NCBI GenBank assembly: GCA_024709165.1
Contig: JANJXF010000027.1
Coordinates: 2,718 to 66,717, forward strand
Length of the DNA: 64,000 bases
Source: Thiobacillus sp.
GTDB lineage: Bacteria > Pseudomonadota > Gammaproteobacteria > Burkholderiales > Thiobacillaceae
Direction: 5' to 3'
How positions within the stretch are numbered: position 1 is the first letter of the stretch; each line of letters begins with the position of its first letter. This document shows positions 58,679-64,000 of the stretch, in pieces. Below the pieces are notes generated by a model that had not been told where the DNA came from, did not search any database, and was given only the letters and a program-made list of their open reading frames with translations. Made by a program: the position numbers and the translations under genes.

Positions 58679-59578
58679 ATGTCGAGCATCCAGCGCGTCC
58701 TCGTCGCGACCGATTTCTCCCCCGCGTCGGAGCGCGCGGTCCGGCGTGCGGCGCATATCGCCCAGCAGCAGCATGCAGTGCTGCACCTGCTGCATGTGGT
58801 GCGTCCGCTCGACCTTTACCCCGGCATCACTCTGGATGCCGAGACGCTGGGTCGCCACGATCTGGCGCTGCAGGAGGCGGGGAAGACTCGCCTGGACGAC
58901 AAGGCGGACGAGATTGCGAGCACTTTCGGCATTCGTGTCGAGGCTGCCAGCCGGATCGGCCGTCCGCATAATGAAATCGCCGAGCACGCGATGGCGACCG
59001 GCGCCGATCTCGTGGTAGTCGGTGCACGGGGCGAAAATTCGCTGCTGGATCTCCTGCTCGGCTCGACGACATCGCGGTTGGTGCGCGTGGCCGCCTACCC
59101 CGTGCTGCTCGTGCGCAAGCCGGCTGACGGACCTTACCGCAAGATTCTGGCCGCAGTGGATTTCTCGCCGGTGTCGGTCGAACTGGTGCAACATGCGCTC
59201 GCCCTCGCTGGCGGCGCGCAGATGGATGTGCTGCACGTGCTGGGCAGCGAAGTGGAACGCCACCTGCGCAAGGCGAAAGTTGCCGGTCTCGATGTCAATG
59301 CGTGGCTCGATGGCCGGCGCACCGAGGCGGCGCGCCAGATGGATGCGCTGCTTGCATCGGTCGAAGGCGGAGCGGCTGCCGGTCGCCGGTTTCTGCCGGG
59401 GCTGGCCTCCGCCGCGATTTGCCAGGATATCGAGACCAACGACGCCGATCTCGTGGTGCTCGGCCGGCATGGCTACGGCGGCGGACTGCAGGACTGGATG
59501 CTTGGCAGCGTGAGCAAGGACGTCGCGTTTGCAACCGCGTGCGACGTACTGCTGATCCATCCGGAGAAGCCGGCCTGA
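58679..59578 (+). CDS. Tandem-domain universal stress protein
   Basis: VLVATDFS..VVGARG..LLGST and ILAAVDFS..VLGRHG..LGSVS. Confidence 0.92.
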   Translation: MSSIQRVLVATDFSPASERAVRRAAHIAQQQHAVLHLLHVVRPLDLYPGITLDAETLGRHDLALQEAGKTRLDDKADEIASTFGIRVEAASRIGRPHNEIAEHAMATGADLVVVGARGENSLLDLLLGSTTSRLVRVAAYPVLLVRKPADGPYRKILAAVDFSPVSVELVQHALALAGGAQMDVLHVLGSEVERHLRKAKVAGLDVNAWLDGRRTEAARQMDALLASVEGGAAAGRRFLPGLASAAICQDIETNDADLVVLGRHGYGGGLQDWMLGSVSKDVAFATACDVLLIHPEKPA

Positions 59579-59627
59579 GCAGTCCGTGACGGGGTTGCCT
59601 GCGTTGTCGTCCTGGCGGGCAAACGGA

Positions 59628-59650
59628 AACGCCGCTCGATGAGCGGCGTT
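59628..59650 (-). terminator. Hairpin or terminator downstream of tRNA-Thr
   Basis: Perfect 10-bp stem AACGCCGCTC-GAT-GAGCGGCGTT; T-rich tail on the minus strand. Confidence 0.6.
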
Positions 59651-59654
59651 GGAA

Positions 59655-59730
59655 TGGTGCCGGCAAGAGGAGTCGAACCCCCGACCTTCGCATTACGAAT
59701 GCGCTGCTCTACCAACTGAGCTATGCCGGC
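59655..59730 (-). tRNA. tRNA-Thr(CGT)
   Basis: GCCGGCA..TGCCGGC-ACCA; anticodon loop TTCGTAA; GTTCGACTC. Confidence 0.97.
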
Positions 59731-59769
59731 GTAAGGCAGCGCGCATTATAGCGGAATCCGCAGCCCGTT

Positions 59770-61158
59770 TTACAGGACGGCCTTCAGCCGGCCGAGGACT
59801 TTTTCCCGGCCGATGAGTTCGAGCGTGGCGTCGATCGCCGGGGTCTGCGGCTCGCCGGTGACGAGCACGCGCACCGGCATCGCCAGCTTCGGCATCTTGA
59901 GGCCGTGCGCCGCCAGGGTTTCCTTGAAGGCGGCGCTGATCGCGCTGCGTTCCCAGGAACACGATTCCAGGCGTCCGGCGAGGTCGGCCAGCGCGGGTAG
60001 CACGTCCGGCGTCACATGCTGCGCCAGCAGTTCCGGCGTCGGGTGCAGGGTGCGGTAGAACAGCGTGGCGGCGTCGGCCAGTTCCGCGATGGTGGCGGCG
60101 CGCTCCTTCACCAGCGCGCACACCGCAGCGAGCGCCGGGCCGTCGTCCGGATCGGCGCCGTTGCGGATCAGGAAGGGATGTACCAGTCCAGCCAGCCGCC
60201 CATCGTCGGCCGCCTTGATGTACTGCTGGTTCAGCCAGCGCAGCTTCTCGGTGTTGAACTGCGCGGCCGAGGGCGTGATGTGGTCGAGGTCGAACCACTG
60301 CACGAACTGTTCGCGGCTGAACAGTTCCGCGTCGCCGTGCGACCATCCCAGCCGTGCGAGATAGTTGATCACCGCTTCCGGCAGGTAACCCTCCTCGAAA
60401 TACTGCATGACCGAAACGGCGCCGTGGCGCTTGGACAGCTTGGTGCCGTCGTCGCCGAGGATCATCGACAGGTGGGCATACTGCGGCACGGTGGCATTGA
60501 GCGCCTTCAGGATATTGATCTGGCGCGGGGTGTTGTTGACGTGGTCGTCGCCACGGATGACGTGGGTGATGCCCATGTCCCAGTCGTCGACGACCACGCA
60601 GAAGTTGTAGGTCGGCGTGCCGTCGGCGCGTGCAATGATGAGGTCGTCGAGTTCGGCGTTGGCAAAAGCGATGGTGCCCTTGACAAGATCCTTCCACGCC
60701 ACCGTGCCGGTGACGGGGTTCCTGAAACGCACCACCGGCTGCACGCCGGAGGGGGGCACCGGCAGTGCCTTGCCGGGTTCGGGCCGCCAGGTGCCATCGT
60801 AACGCGGCTTGTCGCCGCGCGCGCGCTGTGCCTCGCGCATGGCGTCGAGCTCTTCCGGGCTGCAGTAGCAGTAGTAGGCGTCGCCGCTCGCCAGCATTTG
60901 CTGGATCACTTCCTTGTAACGGTACAAGCGCTTGGTCTGGTAGAACGGCCCCTCGTCGTGATCGAGCGCGAGCCAGGCCATGCCGTCGAGAATGGCCTGC
61001 ACCGCCTCGGGGGTCGAGCGGGCGATGTCGGTGTCCTCGATGCGCAGGATGAACTGCCCGCCGTGATGACGCGCGAACGCCCACGAAAACAGCGCGGTGC
61101 GGGCGCCGCCGATGTGCAGGTAGCCCGTGGGGGAAGGGGCGAAGCGGGTGCGGATCAT
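59770..61158 (-). CDS. gltX: Glutamate--tRNA ligase
   Basis: [20 protein letters not shown] and KLSKR motifs. Confidence 0.97.
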   Translation of the reverse strand: MIRTRFAPSPTGYLHIGGARTALFSWAFARHHGGQFILRIEDTDIARSTPEAVQAILDGMAWLALDHDEGPFYQTKRLYRYKEVIQQMLASGDAYYCYCSPEELDAMREAQRARGDKPRYDGTWRPEPGKALPVPPSGVQPVVRFRNPVTGTVAWKDLVKGTIAFANAELDDLIIARADGTPTYNFCVVVDDWDMGITHVIRGDDHVNNTPRQINILKALNATVPQYAHLSMILGDDGTKLSKRHGAVSVMQYFEEGYLPEAVINYLARLGWSHGDAELFSREQFVQWFDLDHITPSAAQFNTEKLRWLNQQYIKAADDGRLAGLVHPFLIRNGADPDDGPALAAVCALVKERAATIAELADAATLFYRTLHPTPELLAQHVTPDVLPALADLAGRLESCSWERSAISAAFKETLAAHGLKMPKLAMPVRVLVTGEPQTPAIDATLELIGREKVLGRLKAVL

Positions 61159-61255
61159 GGCTCGGGCCGACTGGGAAAAAACTGCCATTTTACCGGATCG
61201 AGGGGCGCGAAATTGACCGCAGCGGTCGGTGTGTGTTCTAATTCGGGCCGCTTCG

Positions 61256-61330
61256 GGGCAGTTAGCTCAGCGGTAGAGCATCGCCTTCACACGGCGGGGG
61301 TCACAAGTTCGAACCTTGTACTGCCCACCA
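61256..61330 (+). tRNA. tRNA-Val(CAC)
   Basis: GGGCAGT..ACTGCCC-ACCA; anticodon arm TCGCC-TTCACAC-GGCGG. Confidence 0.96.
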
Positions 61331-61467
61331 CCCGAATCCCGCGTCCGGCCCCTCGGGCGTCCCGTGTCTGCCAATCGACCCGGGTTTTGCAGCGATCATC
61401 CCGATCACATCCGTCTGCCTCGATTGGTGTTGCCTCACGCGCAACAGGCCGTCGCAGGAACCATTGC

Positions 61468-62871
<1,404 letters not shown>

Positions 62872-62873
62872 TC

Positions 62874-64000
62874 TCAGCGGCGCGTCAGGCGCGCCGCCAG
62901 CCAGGTCAGGCCGACGGAGACGGCAATCAGCGCGAAGGCCACCCCCAGCCGGTTGAGTGCGTTCGGCGCCAGTACCAGCAGCGCGCCAAGTTGCAGCATC
63001 ATCAGGCCGGAGAGTAGCTTGAGCAGCCGGCCCTCGCGTTCGGAAAGCTTGCGTGCGCCCAGCGTGAACGCGAAGACGGTCACGATGACGGCGAGCGGAA
63101 TCACGTACACGAGGTTGTAGAGCCCGAGGTAGAGGTAATGCTGTGCGGGGCCGGCGTCGCGCAACGTCAGCAGCCGCGTGTAGACCATGGGAAAGCCGGC
63201 GGTGCACAGGAGCTCGTAGAAATTGACCGCGACCGCCAGCAGCACCGTCGCGGCGAGCATCGCGGGGACGCTGCCGGCGGCCAGGATGGCGCGGGCGCGC
63301 TGATAGATCGCCGGCTTGCGGTGCTCCGGAATCGACAGCGACACGCCGCGTCCGAACCAGAAGAAATCCTTGACGTTGACGACACCCACGATCAGCGCCA
63401 GCACGCCGGCCGCGAGCGTGACCCATGCCAGATGACCGAGCACCTGGAACAGATTGAGCCAGGCGGCCATGAAGGCGAAATACATCAGCCCCGACACGAG
63501 CACGAAGACGCCGCCGATCGCCAGCATGCGCGTGCGGCGCTTCTGGTGGACGAGCATCGACAGCAGGAACAGCAGCACGAAGAACGCGCAGGGATTGAAG
63601 GCGTCGAGGCCGGCGATCAGCACCGTCAACAGTGGCAGCGAATAGGCGTCCAGCGCGATTTCGCCAAAAAACGGCACCTGGAACGCGGACGCCGGCAGGG
63701 TGGCGGCCGCCTCGCGCGCGCTGCCGCCTTGTGCTGCGGCGCGACAGGCATCCAGCGCGGCGAGCAGCGCGGATCCGCTTGTTGCATCGCCGTCCCAGCC
63801 CGTTTCCATGCGGCCGCAGTACAGCAGGCCCGGCACGTATTGCGCCGCCTGCCCGAGCTGCTCCGCGAGCGCGATGTAATGGCGCGCATGCTCGGGATGG
63901 CGAGTGAGTTCGAGCGAATGCAGCTTCACCCACGGTCGCTGCTCTGGAATGGCTTCGACGAATGGCCGTGCTTCGAGGCAATGCGGACAGGCAAGTGACC
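62874..64000 (-). CDS. Thioredoxin/glutaredoxin domain fused to a DsbD/CcdA-like membrane domain (5' end outside the window)
   Basis: Frame stays open to the window edge and reads SLACPHCLEARPF; TM part has DAFNPCAF and ELLCTAGFP. Confidence 0.82.
   Translation of the reverse strand, partial: SLACPHCLEARPFVEAIPEQRPWVKLHSLELTRHPEHARHYIALAEQLGQAAQYVPGLLYCGRMETGWDGDATSGSALLAALDACRAAAQGGSAREAAATLPASAFQVPFFGEIALDAYSLPLLTVLIAGLDAFNPCAFFVLLFLLSMLVHQKRRTRMLAIGGVFVLVSGLMYFAFMAAWLNLFQVLGHLAWVTLAAGVLALIVGVVNVKDFFWFGRGVSLSIPEHRKPAIYQRARAILAAGSVPAMLAATVLLAVAVNFYELLCTAGFPMVYTRLLTLRDAGPAQHYLYLGLYNLVYVIPLAVIVTVFAFTLGARKLSEREGRLLKLLSGLMMLQLGALLVLAPNALNRLGVAFALIAVSVGLTWLAARLTRR

Noticed and set aside
60016-61467. 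N-terminal half of the 951-aa ORF that appears fused to the DEAD-box helicase
   Set aside because: It is antisense to gltX and runs through tRNA-Val; the helicase starts at ATG 61468 after an AGGA RBS.

Overview
High-GC bacterial chromosome segment. Gene content and order (ilvC-psd-pssA; ispB/rplU-rpmA-obgE; pcnB-folK-dgk-panB-panC; aat-bpt; thyA-folA; gltX, three tRNAs) point to a betaproteobacterium, plausibly a Thiobacillus-like sulfur oxidiser (inference). Core genes surround two accessory-looking blocks. Block 1 (~1.6-31.4 kb, between pssA and the 3' end of tRNA-Pro) holds three efflux systems (RND, MacAB-like, YbhGFSR-like), a beta-CASP nuclease/LOG pair, a TetR regulator and an unusual envelope redox locus. 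That locus encodes a FadL-type outer-membrane channel, a Met-rich putative Tat lipoprotein, a helical-domain/cytochrome c/Cys-less rhodanese fusion, two further mono-haem c proteins, a YgaP/DUF2892-like protein and a cytochrome b561, next to an OmpR/EnvZ-type pair. It is the best candidate here for an undescribed system; the lipoprotein and the N-terminus of the fusion appear to share an unnamed helical domain. Block 2 is an arsenic operon beside tRNA-Thr that contains an exported SoxH-like metallo-hydrolase and a decayed thioredoxin-like gene. Also notable are a tandem YedF/TusA-type sulfur carrier divergent from cysB, and an orphan ccoI/fixI-type ATPase with a highly structured 5' region. 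No integrase, transposase, CRISPR array or rRNA was seen. All family calls come from motif recognition by eye, not from database searches.
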